Shown piece by piece: positions 28,162 to 37,253 of a DNA stretch of 64,000 nucleotides (its first letter is position 1; the number at the start of each line of letters is the position of its first letter). Under the pieces are notes generated by a model. That model worked only from the letters and a program-made list of their open reading frames with translations, was not told where the DNA came from and ran no database searches. The DNA comes from Myxococcota bacterium (GTDB lineage: Bacteria > Myxococcota_A > Bradymonadia > UBA7976 > UBA1532), in the NCBI GenBank assembly GCA_036337435.1, contig JAYZEG010000041.1, forward strand, positions 32,001 through 96,000, in the 5' to 3' direction. The position numbers and the translations under genes are program-made.

Positions 28162-29622
28162 TCAGTCACCGGATTCGAGTTTGCGAACCCGAAATTGATA
28201 CGGATCGGATGATTCCAGCCAAATAATGACCTGGCCGTTGAGCCCGACCTGCAGTGAGTTGGCGAGTGCTTGCTCGACAAAACGGGTTTCCTGTCCCGTG
28301 ATTAAGTCGAAGGCGATGATGGGGCCTGGGCTGTTTGCGATATCTTGCACCAAAAGGGTTTGCTTTAAAAATGTGATGGGTTCCAGTCGTTGTCCGTCTA
28401 GAGGAAGTTGGAAAGCTTCAAATTGTCCACCTTCGGCCAATCGACCGAACCAGATCGCCCTCGAGTCTTGGCCGAAACTCCATGCCGCATATGAATCGGA
28501 TACAATCGGGGCCCCCGCACCGGATGGACCCAGGTTAATTGTCGTCACGTTGAGTTCATCCAATTGCTTCATTTCCACCTTGGGTCCCAACTCACTCGAC
28601 CATGTACGCACGAAGAGCGCATTCGCTGATAACGAGATGGCAGGGTCTGATGAGCCAACGATCAAAGGTGATTCAATCTCGAAAGAATCATTTGCGAGCA
28701 AAATGCGATCGATCGTTGTCTCTTCGATGACAGAACCGGTTCGATGAAGATACAATTCGTCGCCGAGTAAAGCGAGGCCACCATACTCCAATTCGCCGGT
28801 AATTCGGCGGATCCGGTCGGCACCTAAGTAGCTGACTTGTCCTCGGCATGCCCTGGGCATAAGCGGACCCATTCGGCACGGTTGCAGGGCCTCGGCACGA
28901 TTGACCCAAAGCAGGTGGTTTTCGTTGCAGACCAGGTCAGCGATATGGACGTCTTCGGCAATCTGATAGGGCTCCATTTGAAGGGCATCCAGTTCAACAC
29001 GGTATAAACCACTTTCAGTGGCCAAGACGACGCCGCTGCCGCAGATTTTAAGACTGGTGATCTTGTGGGGAATGGGCTGTGTCAGGCAGTCTTCGTCGAT
29101 CTTTTGGTCACAATCATCATCCATTTGATTACACGTCTCCGTAACGACATCTTGAGCGTTACTCTGGCCTGGCGCGCTGCTGCATGCGACACCTGAGGCG
29201 TCGTCGACAGCACACTCAAATACACCCGCCTGACCACAGGAGTCGCAGGCTTCACCTAGGTCAAAGCCCTCGTCTTCAAGGGCGTCACAATCATCGTCTA
29301 ATTGATTACAGCTCTCCGGCGCATCGGGAAAAATGTCTGCGTTCCGATCGTTACAATCGACAAAAGATTGCCAGAGGGATTTGTCGACCTCAGCACTACA
29401 TGATTCCACGAAACAATCGTTATCGGCATCCACGCATGAATCGCCTAAGGCGTCGCGCATTTCGCATGTCCACGTCCGCATTTGACCACCCAGGTCGGGT
29501 TGGTTGTAACGCATATCGAAAGAGGCATCGCGAAAGCCTGTGACATCGCCGAGTTCCCCGCTGCAGGCAGTGCAGAAGAGCAACCAGAAAATCTGCGCTG
29601 AAAGTGCTCTATTCAAGGGCAT
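28162..29622 (-). CDS. Lipoprotein with MopE-related metal-binding motifs and C-terminal beta-propeller-like region
   Basis: Lipobox FCTA-C; DCNDRNADIFPDAPESCNQLDDDCD..EDE and ETCNQMDDDCD..IDE. Confidence 0.75.
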   Translation of the reverse strand: MPLNRALSAQIFWLLFCTACSGELGDVTGFRDASFDMRYNQPDLGGQMRTWTCEMRDALGDSCVDADNDCFVESCSAEVDKSLWQSFVDCNDRNADIFPDAPESCNQLDDDCDALEDEGFDLGEACDSCGQAGVFECAVDDASGVACSSAPGQSNAQDVVTETCNQMDDDCDQKIDEDCLTQPIPHKITSLKICGSGVVLATESGLYRVELDALQMEPYQIAEDVHIADLVCNENHLLWVNRAEALQPCRMGPLMPRACRGQVSYLGADRIRRITGELEYGGLALLGDELYLHRTGSVIEETTIDRILLANDSFEIESPLIVGSSDPAISLSANALFVRTWSSELGPKVEMKQLDELNVTTINLGPSGAGAPIVSDSYAAWSFGQDSRAIWFGRLAEGGQFEAFQLPLDGQRLEPITFLKQTLLVQDIANSPGPIIAFDLITGQETRFVEQALANSLQVGLNGQVIIWLESSDPYQFRVRKLESGD

Positions 29623-30892
29623 GGTAGTTGACCCTCCATCCTTGGCCAATGGTCGCTTCCGTCCACAAGAGATAGTGTCGAGTGAGCGTTGGATTGTACA
29701 AACGTCCGGTCCTAATTTGAGTCTGTTGCCCATTGACTAGATCGATGAGTGAGAGCGTATACGGGCTCTGATCCAGTCGATAGTGGATGAGCGCGAGGAC
29801 GCCGGTCTGTGCTTCAATCGAGACGGGGTTTCCTCGTCCAGCCCCTGTGAGTTCAACTTGTTCGGGTTCTTGCCCTCGTTCAGTGTGTTTCCAGCGATGA
29901 ACGCCGTTGGCTTCACCGTCGACCGCGCTGATCCACCAAAGATCAGCACCGGTTGTCTTCAAAGATTGCGTGTCTAGGGGGGGTCGACGCAAGAGTCGCT
30001 CACGGCGCCGATTTCGGTCCCCACAGTCGTCAGGACGGCTCACGACCAATCGTGCTGTTTGAGCACCCCGTCTACGCTCGAACCAGGCGAGCCACCCGTC
30101 GGTGGCAATCAGTCCCCACTGATCGGCGTTTGGTTGTGAACAATCGATCAACCGGTCATCGTCGAACTGAACTTTTAATGTGGTGAAATTGCCATCGATT
30201 TGTAGGTAAGCCGTGTAATTTGAGGCGCGAGAGACCTGGAATTGGCGGCGGCTCCTCGGATTGATGAAATAGCCATTATCCGCACTCAGGTCTTGCAACC
30301 AGATATTGGTGCTGTCTTCATTGGGATTGAGTCGCGGAACAGCAAAATAGCGTCCATTCAACGACGGGACACCCTGAATCCCATCGAGTGTCTTATAGAT
30401 GGGATCGAGCTTGGACGTGACGTATTTGAGCTCCACTTGGCCTGTCTCAGAACTCCAGGTTGTGAGAACAAACCCAAACGAGCCGCAATCGCTCGCTGGA
30501 ATATGACTCGTCAAAGACGGGGTCATCTGGGCCATATTCTCGTCTAAGGGAACAACACCACCAGCCCCCCTGTAACAGAGTTCGTCTGCAAAGGGCTGTT
30601 GGGGTCCAGCGGCGTCTTGAATGGGTGGCGTCGATGCGTCGGATGCATCGCCGAGTATCTGAATGCCCGCATCCAGTGCGTCAAGTGAGGCCGAATCGGA
30701 ATAAACATTGCCATCCAGCGGATCATCAACAGTTTGCATGTCGGAACCGGCGGTGACGCATAGGCCTGATTGACAACTTTCGCCGAGAACACAATCTCTT
30801 TCATCGCGACACTCTTCGTCAGACCCACTTTTCAGCAACAGACTACATCCTTGGAGCACACAAATCGATAAGAGTAGCCAATGCGTCTTCAT
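29609..30892 (-). CDS. Lipoprotein with a Cys-rich N-terminal motif and beta-propeller-like domain
   Basis: Lipobox LQG-C; C..ERDC..GESC..GLC; repeated short beta strands with W/F (WLAWFE, LWWIS, YLLWTE). Confidence 0.75.
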   Translation of the reverse strand: MKTHWLLLSICVLQGCSLLLKSGSDEECRDERDCVLGESCQSGLCVTAGSDMQTVDDPLDGNVYSDSASLDALDAGIQILGDASDASTPPIQDAAGPQQPFADELCYRGAGGVVPLDENMAQMTPSLTSHIPASDCGSFGFVLTTWSSETGQVELKYVTSKLDPIYKTLDGIQGVPSLNGRYFAVPRLNPNEDSTNIWLQDLSADNGYFINPRSRRQFQVSRASNYTAYLQIDGNFTTLKVQFDDDRLIDCSQPNADQWGLIATDGWLAWFERRRGAQTARLVVSRPDDCGDRNRRRERLLRRPPLDTQSLKTTGADLWWISAVDGEANGVHRWKHTERGQEPEQVELTGAGRGNPVSIEAQTGVLALIHYRLDQSPYTLSLIDLVNGQQTQIRTGRLYNPTLTRHYLLWTEATIGQGWRVNYHALE

Positions 30893-32493
30893 TGGCCCGC
30901 CTCGAATTGACTCCACAGCCAACCGGTCAGAAAACTCAGTCCGCTGCTCAAAAATAAGGTGTCGGCCGCCAAAGCAAATCGGTCTCGCTCGTCGGTCAGC
31001 TCCTTTATGGAAATTCCCTCGTCCCGTTTACTCGTGTAGCCTGCGAGTCGCCCATCAGCCTGAATTGCGAATCCGCCAACGACTAAGCCTGCGGCTAAGG
31101 CCAGGCCACCGCCGAGATAAAAATAACGTGGAGCCGATTTGGCGAGCCCGGCGGACTGAGCTTTGTTCCGTGTCCCAAACTCAACCTTCAGGACCGCAGG
31201 TGGACACGGCTGTTCAAGGCATGCGGCGAGATGGAAAGCACCCGTTTTTGAGCCAAGTTTCGAGTGGAGCGCGGCATAGGTATAGTGTCCAGGCTCAACG
31301 GCGAATCCGAGCACGTTCACAGATTTACCGTCAAGGACCAACCGGTCGATGGACACAGCTTCAGACTCGGCATTTACAGCTTGAATCACCACGTGCCGAG
31401 GAAGAACAATGGCCACTTGATGGCGTTTATCTGAGAGACACTCAGCTGGTCTTGGGACGTCGATGGTCCGTGTAACCGACTCATGTCCAGGCGATGATGC
31501 AGAAATTTGCCGTCTTCCCCAAGGACCTTCGAGTTGACCAAGCAATTTCGCGTGTGTCGGCACCGCCTGAATATCAAGGGCAACGGTGCAGCGTTTTAAC
31601 GCCACTTTCACATTTTTCTTGGCCCCGACGGAGATCACTTTCGTTTGATATCCTGGTGCTCGGACTCGGACGCGCCCGTAGGCAGTCGTAAACTCGCGTC
31701 CCTCTAACCTTTGCCCATCCATAGAGTCTACCGTGACCTCTTTTGGATCGAGCCCAGGTGTCGTTATCTCTAAGGAAACCGGACACGGTGGGCTCTCGGG
31801 CTTATCGATTTTGTCACCGGGCGATATCAGGGTCGGCGTCTTATTGTATCGTTCGCCACACTCTGTTTGATGTCCAACCAGATAGGCACCTGGCCGAATT
31901 TGAATCTCTGTCGCCATCGGGTCCTGGCCGGGAATCTTTATGACCGTGGTGCAGTGGGGTTTTCCTTGGCAAATCCGTTCGGCCACAGCGTTCATGGGCT
32001 TGAGTAGCAAATGAGAACCGACTGGCATTTTTGGCAGGGTAATGGAGACGATATTTCGTCCATTTAGCCAATCGGTCTGTTTGCCGAGGCGTAACCATGC
32101 GGTCCTGAGTCGAGCTCTGGCTTGAATGCCATTCATCGATTGCGGGCGCAAACCCTGCGCCAGCAGGAAAAAACGCACAGCTCGCATGGCGCGCATATGG
32201 CGGCCAGTCCTGTGCGCTGATGCAACGAAAGCAGCTGAGCCAGCTGTGTACGCAAGGCATGCTTTGTCAATGCTGTTTTGAGCTGCCTTGAGTTCAGTTT
32301 CAGCGCGTGCCGAGATGGCATCTAACTGAGCTTTCTGATGGGCTCGTCGGAGTTCGTTGAAGAGAGCTTGGGTCGTCTCAGAGACAACGCTGTCGGCACA
32401 CGGTGTATGCGGGCCAGCGACTGCACGCCCTTGATTAAAGACCAATACGACAAGGCAAAGATAGTGTCTCGCGTTGTACAATCTTTGAATCAT
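30889..32493 (-). CDS. TPR-like / PEGA-like exported protein with C-terminal Gly-rich hydrophobic hairpin
   Basis: Leader peptide; helical N-terminus; RVRVRAPGYQ and ISASSPGHES PEGA-like motifs; two C-terminal hydrophobic helices. Confidence 0.7.
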   Translation of the reverse strand: MIQRLYNARHYLCLVVLVFNQGRAVAGPHTPCADSVVSETTQALFNELRRAHQKAQLDAISARAETELKAAQNSIDKACLAYTAGSAAFVASAHRTGRHMRAMRAVRFFLLAQGLRPQSMNGIQARARLRTAWLRLGKQTDWLNGRNIVSITLPKMPVGSHLLLKPMNAVAERICQGKPHCTTVIKIPGQDPMATEIQIRPGAYLVGHQTECGERYNKTPTLISPGDKIDKPESPPCPVSLEITTPGLDPKEVTVDSMDGQRLEGREFTTAYGRVRVRAPGYQTKVISVGAKKNVKVALKRCTVALDIQAVPTHAKLLGQLEGPWGRRQISASSPGHESVTRTIDVPRPAECLSDKRHQVAIVLPRHVVIQAVNAESEAVSIDRLVLDGKSVNVLGFAVEPGHYTYAALHSKLGSKTGAFHLAACLEQPCPPAVLKVEFGTRNKAQSAGLAKSAPRYFYLGGGLALAAGLVVGGFAIQADGRLAGYTSKRDEGISIKELTDERDRFALAADTLFLSSGLSFLTGWLWSQFEAGQ

Positions 32494-34276
32494 GTCGTTT
32501 AACTTCGAGCCTTAAATCTAGGCGCTCCGCGACCGCGCGTGTTCGTTTTAAGATGCGACCCAACGCCTTTATACACCCAATACCTGAGCAGCGACCAGTT
32601 TCATACCCCCGGAGTGTCCAATGGGCTTTTTCAAGAATGTCGCCCGCCTTTAACTTTCGACATCGCACCGGACGATGAACCATGATTTCCTCATCTATCC
32701 ATACATCAGCCAATCGATGCAAATCTGACAAACGTGCTGCTTTGTCTCGGAGACTGCTGAGTTGTTCGTTGGGTATCGCCCATTGTGTCTCACCGAGTGC
32801 GGGTCTCATTTTTATTAATCGTCTAGCGAGCCATTCTCGCTCCATTAAATTTGTCTTAGCCCAGCGCTTTTGACTGTCTGATGCCGTTTCGTCGGGTTGG
32901 CTGAGGGTCAGGACCAAACCAGTGAAAAGGGCGTCTCCATCCGTTCCATCTAAAGCCCATCCCTGTTCGGTCTTCTGGATTTTGAAGGTGGGTGAGTCCA
33001 AGAGCTGCCTGGCCACTGGCTTCGGTGCTAGGGGACGACTGGATTTGATAACGTCAGATTTGGAAGACGCCACTTTTTGGTGGTTTGATATGGGACTTAC
33101 TCTCGGTTGATCTGTCTGTTCGGATGACGGTTTGTTGACCACTAGGACAATGCTTATCACACATAAGGTCAGCCCCAATAAAGCCAAGCGTGGATAGTTG
33201 AATCCAATCCCCTCGTCAGCTTGGTTTGTTGTCAATTGTTCGCCATCAGCTTGGGATGGAGGAATGAGTGTGGCCGATACCGATGGAACCACTGAGCCCA
33301 TCCCCGGGTCCGTTTTGAGCTCATGCACAGCCAATGTTTGGGCTGGTCTGGCAATAGATTGCAACACGGATTGAACCAATGTTGTGGTCCTCGGCCTTTG
33401 GTCAGGGTCTACCTTTAAGCACCCATCGATGAGACCAGCTAGAGCCGGATCGATGGTCGGTATGTGCTCTGTTATCGAGATGGCACCGCGGTCCAAGAGT
33501 AAGCCCATCAACTCGGCTTGATTTCGACCAGGGTTGGACCGAATACCAGACAACATTTCGTACAAAATGCCGCCGAACGCATAGAGATCAGTTCGGGCAT
33601 CGACGGGCAACCCTTTGAGTTGTTCTGGAGCCATATAGTTGAGAGTACCCAGTGCCAACCCTGTTTGCGTTTTGAAATCGGGCGAATCAACTTTTACCAA
33701 TCCGAAATCGAGGAGTTTGATGAAGGGTTTGCCGTCGCGAACAATGACCATGATGTTGTCGGGTTTGAGATCCCGATGAACCAACTCGAGTTCATGGGCG
33801 GCTTTCAGGGCATCTAAGATCTGTTCAGCGAATGTGAGCGCTTGATCAAAGGAAAGCTGCTTTTCGGTCATGTACTTAGTGAGGGTTTGGCCGTCGAGAT
33901 ATTCCATGATGAGGAATGGCTCATCTCCGGGTCTCATACCCACATCGAAAACCCGTGCCACATGAGGACTGCGCTCGGAGACCAACTGTGCAGCCTTTGC
34001 CTCATTGAGCATGCGTTGGCGGATCTGCTCACGAAGGTCTTCGGCGACCTCTGCGGTGTTGAGGAGCTTCACGGCTCGGTGAACATTGAGACGCGTGTCG
34101 AAGACTCGGTACACTTGCCCCATGCCTCCTTCGCCCAAACGATTTTCGAGTCGATAACGTCCGTCAGCGAGAGCCGTCAGTGCAGGTGATGGAGTGCCGC
34201 AAGACGGACAGAACGCGCATGATTCTTGTTCCAATACATGGCCGCAGGAAAAACAGCTTGGTGAATTTTCGTTCAT
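32435..34276 (-). CDS. Serine/threonine protein kinase with N-terminal zinc ribbon, TM and extracytoplasmic domain
   Basis: CFSCG..FCPSCG; GEGGMGQVY, AVK, HRDLKPDN, DFG, YMAPEQ. Confidence 0.95.
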   Translation of the reverse strand: MNENSPSCFSCGHVLEQESCAFCPSCGTPSPALTALADGRYRLENRLGEGGMGQVYRVFDTRLNVHRAVKLLNTAEVAEDLREQIRQRMLNEAKAAQLVSERSPHVARVFDVGMRPGDEPFLIMEYLDGQTLTKYMTEKQLSFDQALTFAEQILDALKAAHELELVHRDLKPDNIMVIVRDGKPFIKLLDFGLVKVDSPDFKTQTGLALGTLNYMAPEQLKGLPVDARTDLYAFGGILYEMLSGIRSNPGRNQAELMGLLLDRGAISITEHIPTIDPALAGLIDGCLKVDPDQRPRTTTLVQSVLQSIARPAQTLAVHELKTDPGMGSVVPSVSATLIPPSQADGEQLTTNQADEGIGFNYPRLALLGLTLCVISIVLVVNKPSSEQTDQPRVSPISNHQKVASSKSDVIKSSRPLAPKPVARQLLDSPTFKIQKTEQGWALDGTDGDALFTGLVLTLSQPDETASDSQKRWAKTNLMEREWLARRLIKMRPALGETQWAIPNEQLSSLRDKAARLSDLHRLADVWIDEEIMVHRPVRCRKLKAGDILEKAHWTLRGYETGRCSGIGCIKALGRILKRTRAVAERLDLRLEVKRHDSKIVQRETLSLPCRIGL

Positions 34277-34450
34277 TGTATGGCCGTCTCGGTCATGCGC
34301 ATTGAGCTTGTGTTTCCCACCTTTACATAGTTTGAGCTTGCCTTAGATAGACCTGACTGTAATTCTGAATGACCATAGTTTCAATTTAATGCATGCGCTT
34401 TTCAATGGTTGACGCGCGGTGTCATTGAATCAATCTTGACAGGGGGGCAT

Positions 34451-34975
34451 ATGGATTTCGATAGGCTCGTGGAGGAATCACGAAAGAGCGAAACCCCACT
34501 GGGTGTCGTCTTTTACATCGCCAAAAAAGCACTCGAAGCAGCCGGTACAGAGTCAGACACAATCGACCAATTAACCCATGTCATGGACACCGCCCTCGGC
34601 AAGCTCAGCGACGATGACAAATTGCTTTTAGCCTATGTGATAGATCGTCGTATTTCAGAGACACCGTTTCCCGGTTGGGTTCTCTTCAGGTCTAGGCTCA
34701 CGACGGTCGAGGCTCACATCTTAAGTCATGCATTGAGAGATCGTGGTTTCGATACGCGCATTCGGCGGGACCATGAGTCTGCTGCTGATGCACTTTATGC
34801 ATCCAACGGCGGAGAAATTTGGATCCGCCCTTGGCATTTGAAGGCAGCGCGGACGTTGGTCAACGAGCTCAAAGACAGCGCAGTTGAATCGATCCATTGT
34901 ACGGCCTGCGGTGAAGATAATCCCGCTCATTTTACCAGCTGTTGGAATTGCGGACAGAGCTTAATCAACGTCTAG
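34451..34975 (+). CDS. DUF2007-like domain plus RanBP2-type zinc finger protein
   Basis: VEAHILSHALRDRG..R; CTACGEDNPAHFTSCWNC. Confidence 0.75.
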   Translation: MDFDRLVEESRKSETPLGVVFYIAKKALEAAGTESDTIDQLTHVMDTALGKLSDDDKLLLAYVIDRRISETPFPGWVLFRSRLTTVEAHILSHALRDRGFDTRIRRDHESAADALYASNGGEIWIRPWHLKAARTLVNELKDSAVESIHCTACGEDNPAHFTSCWNCGQSLINV

Positions 34976-34993
34976 CGATTCGGAGAGAACACC

Positions 34994-35797
34994 ATTTTAG
35001 CTTATACAACCCATTTCAGCGGTGAGACCCCACCAAAGCATATCGCCTTGTTGCTCCATGGCATTCTTGGTTCACGACGCAACTGGGCGACCATGGCTCG
35101 TCGTCTGTCTCAGCGTCACCCAGATTGGGGGTTTATTGCAGTCGATCTTCGTGGACATGGCGATTCGCATGGTCTGGATCCCCTCCATACTGTCGAGGCA
35201 TGCGCGGCCGATGTTGAGGATCTCTTGTTAGATCTGGAACTGACCGCGAAAGCCATTATTGGGCATTCCTTCGGCGGTAAAGTGGCCCTCGCCTGCGCCG
35301 AGGCATTTTCCGACCCTGTGGAGCAAGTATGGTGCCTAGATTCGTCGCCGTCGCTCATGGGGACCGATACAACAGGAGTCGTTGATCGAGTCATCAAAGC
35401 AGCCCGGGGTGCCCCTCAGCCGGTCGATCATCGGCTTGCGATGGTGCCTTATTTCGAGAGTCTTGGCTTCCCTCGCAGTATCGGTGCCTGGATGACGACC
35501 AATCTCAAACGGGTAGACGACGAGTTCGTCTGGAGATTTGACCTGGATGTCATCGAAGCGTTGCTCGATGATTATCGTCAGCTTGACTTCTGGTCATTTC
35601 TCCAATCAAGCAAGCGTCGGACGTTGGTCAACTGGGTTCTCGCTGGACGGTCAAACTGGTGGCAGGCCTCCGTTGGGGATCGGCTGCGTCAGCTGAACAA
35701 CTCACAGGTTCATCTGTTACCAAATTCTGGTCATTGGGTTCATGTAGATGACCCTGATGGCCTGCTTTTGGTCCTCGATCATCTCGCCCGGAATTAA
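34994..35797 (+). CDS. Alpha/beta hydrolase (YbfF/ABHD11-like); probable ATT start (ORF track starts at TTG 35048)
   Basis: LHGILGS..NW, DLRGHG, GHSFGG, GHWVH; frame is open back to ATT 34994, which follows GGAGAG. Confidence 0.88.
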   Translation: MLAYTTHFSGETPPKHIALLLHGILGSRRNWATMARRLSQRHPDWGFIAVDLRGHGDSHGLDPLHTVEACAADVEDLLLDLELTAKAIIGHSFGGKVALACAEAFSDPVEQVWCLDSSPSLMGTDTTGVVDRVIKAARGAPQPVDHRLAMVPYFESLGFPRSIGAWMTTNLKRVDDEFVWRFDLDVIEALLDDYRQLDFWSFLQSSKRRTLVNWVLAGRSNWWQASVGDRLRQLNNSQVHLLPNSGHWVHVDDPDGLLLVLDHLARN

Positions 35798-35899
35798 AGC
35801 ACTCTGCAAACTCGAGCACTGTTTTTTTCTGCTGACAGCACGTCATATAAGACGCATTATTTCCACGGTTCACGCCTAAACGAAGACTCGGAGAAAACA

Positions 35900-37183
35900 G
35901 TGTCCAACCACTTGGAAACTCAAATGGAACCAAAATTACCAGAGCCGATTGCCGGAACCCTCAGCCGTAAGGGCCGTTCGATCACCTTCCCGAAAAAGGG
36001 GATTTTAGGTCAGAGTGCGGCTGCTCGAGGACGAAAAATCAATGGCACGATTGGAATCGCCCTCGACGAACAGGGGCAGCCGATGTTCCTCGATGGTCTT
36101 GCGCCCATGGTGGATTTACCGGTGACAGACATGTTTCCTTACGCATCGAGCTTTGGGAAGCCCGAGCTGAGGCAGCGCTGGTTGCAAATGATCTTGGACA
36201 AGAATCCTAAGCTAAATGAAGACCAATTGAGTCAGCCAGTCGTCACCAACGCACTCACCCACGGCCTGAGTGTGGCAGGTTCCCTCTTCCTCGATCCGGG
36301 TGACCAACTTATTTTGGCCGATCGTTTCTGGGGTAATTACAAGCTGATTTTCCAGCATACCTACGATGCCGAATTAGAGACATTCCCCACCTTCGATGGT
36401 GCAGGTTTTAATACAGCAGGTATGCTTGCGACGGCTCAATCCTGTCCTGGTAAGAAAGTTGTTCTGCTGCTTAATTTTCCGAACAATCCAACTGGCTATA
36501 CGTGCACGGTGGAGGAAGCGAAGGCGATAAGAGACGCCCTCATTTCTCTTGCCGATTCTGGACGCGAGGTGGTTGTCTTGATCGACGATGCTTACTTCGG
36601 CTTGGTCTACGAAGATGGCATTATGAAAGACTCGATTTTTTCGTGGCTCGCCGATGCTCATGAACGGCTGCTCGCCGTCAAGATAGACGGAGCCACCAAA
36701 GAAGACTTTGCTTGGGGTTATCGGGTCGGATTTCTGACATTTGCGTTTAAGGGCGCGACGACAAGCCAATTGGCAATCCTCGAAGATAAAGCAGCAGCGA
36801 CCGTCCGGGCAACCATTTCGAATGCATCTCATCTCGGTCAATCTCTGATGTTAGCCGCTTACAACCACGCGGATTATCCGAGTTGGAAAGACCGCGCCTA
36901 CCAGCAACTCAAGTGTCGCTACGATACGGTCAGGCGCGTCTTTCGAGACCATCCCGAGTACGCGGCGAGTTTTATTCCTCAACCCTTCAACTCGGGTTAC
37001 TTTCTTTGTGTGAAGCCCATTGGCGTCGATTCAGAGTCGGTCAGACTCAGACTGTTAGACCAATACGATGTTGGCGTTATCGCAGCTGGTGACTTGATTC
37101 GGGTCGCTTATTCATCTGTGCCATCTGCGGACCTACCCGACCTCTTTGAATCCATTCATTTGGCCATTAGGTCACTGGCGTAA
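35900..37183 (+). CDS. Class I/II PLP-dependent aminotransferase
   Basis: NFPNNPTGY, DDAYFG, DGATKEDFAWGYRVG. Confidence 0.9.
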   Translation: MSNHLETQMEPKLPEPIAGTLSRKGRSITFPKKGILGQSAAARGRKINGTIGIALDEQGQPMFLDGLAPMVDLPVTDMFPYASSFGKPELRQRWLQMILDKNPKLNEDQLSQPVVTNALTHGLSVAGSLFLDPGDQLILADRFWGNYKLIFQHTYDAELETFPTFDGAGFNTAGMLATAQSCPGKKVVLLLNFPNNPTGYTCTVEEAKAIRDALISLADSGREVVVLIDDAYFGLVYEDGIMKDSIFSWLADAHERLLAVKIDGATKEDFAWGYRVGFLTFAFKGATTSQLAILEDKAAATVRATISNASHLGQSLMLAAYNHADYPSWKDRAYQQLKCRYDTVRRVFRDHPEYAASFIPQPFNSGYFLCVKPIGVDSESVRLRLLDQYDVGVIAAGDLIRVAYSSVPSADLPDLFESIHLAIRSLA

Positions 37184-37253
37184 CCAACGTCCTCAGGGAT
37201 TCTTTTTGACGTAAATTTTGATCGTTTGGGGTGAAGTACATTATCCTAGAGGC

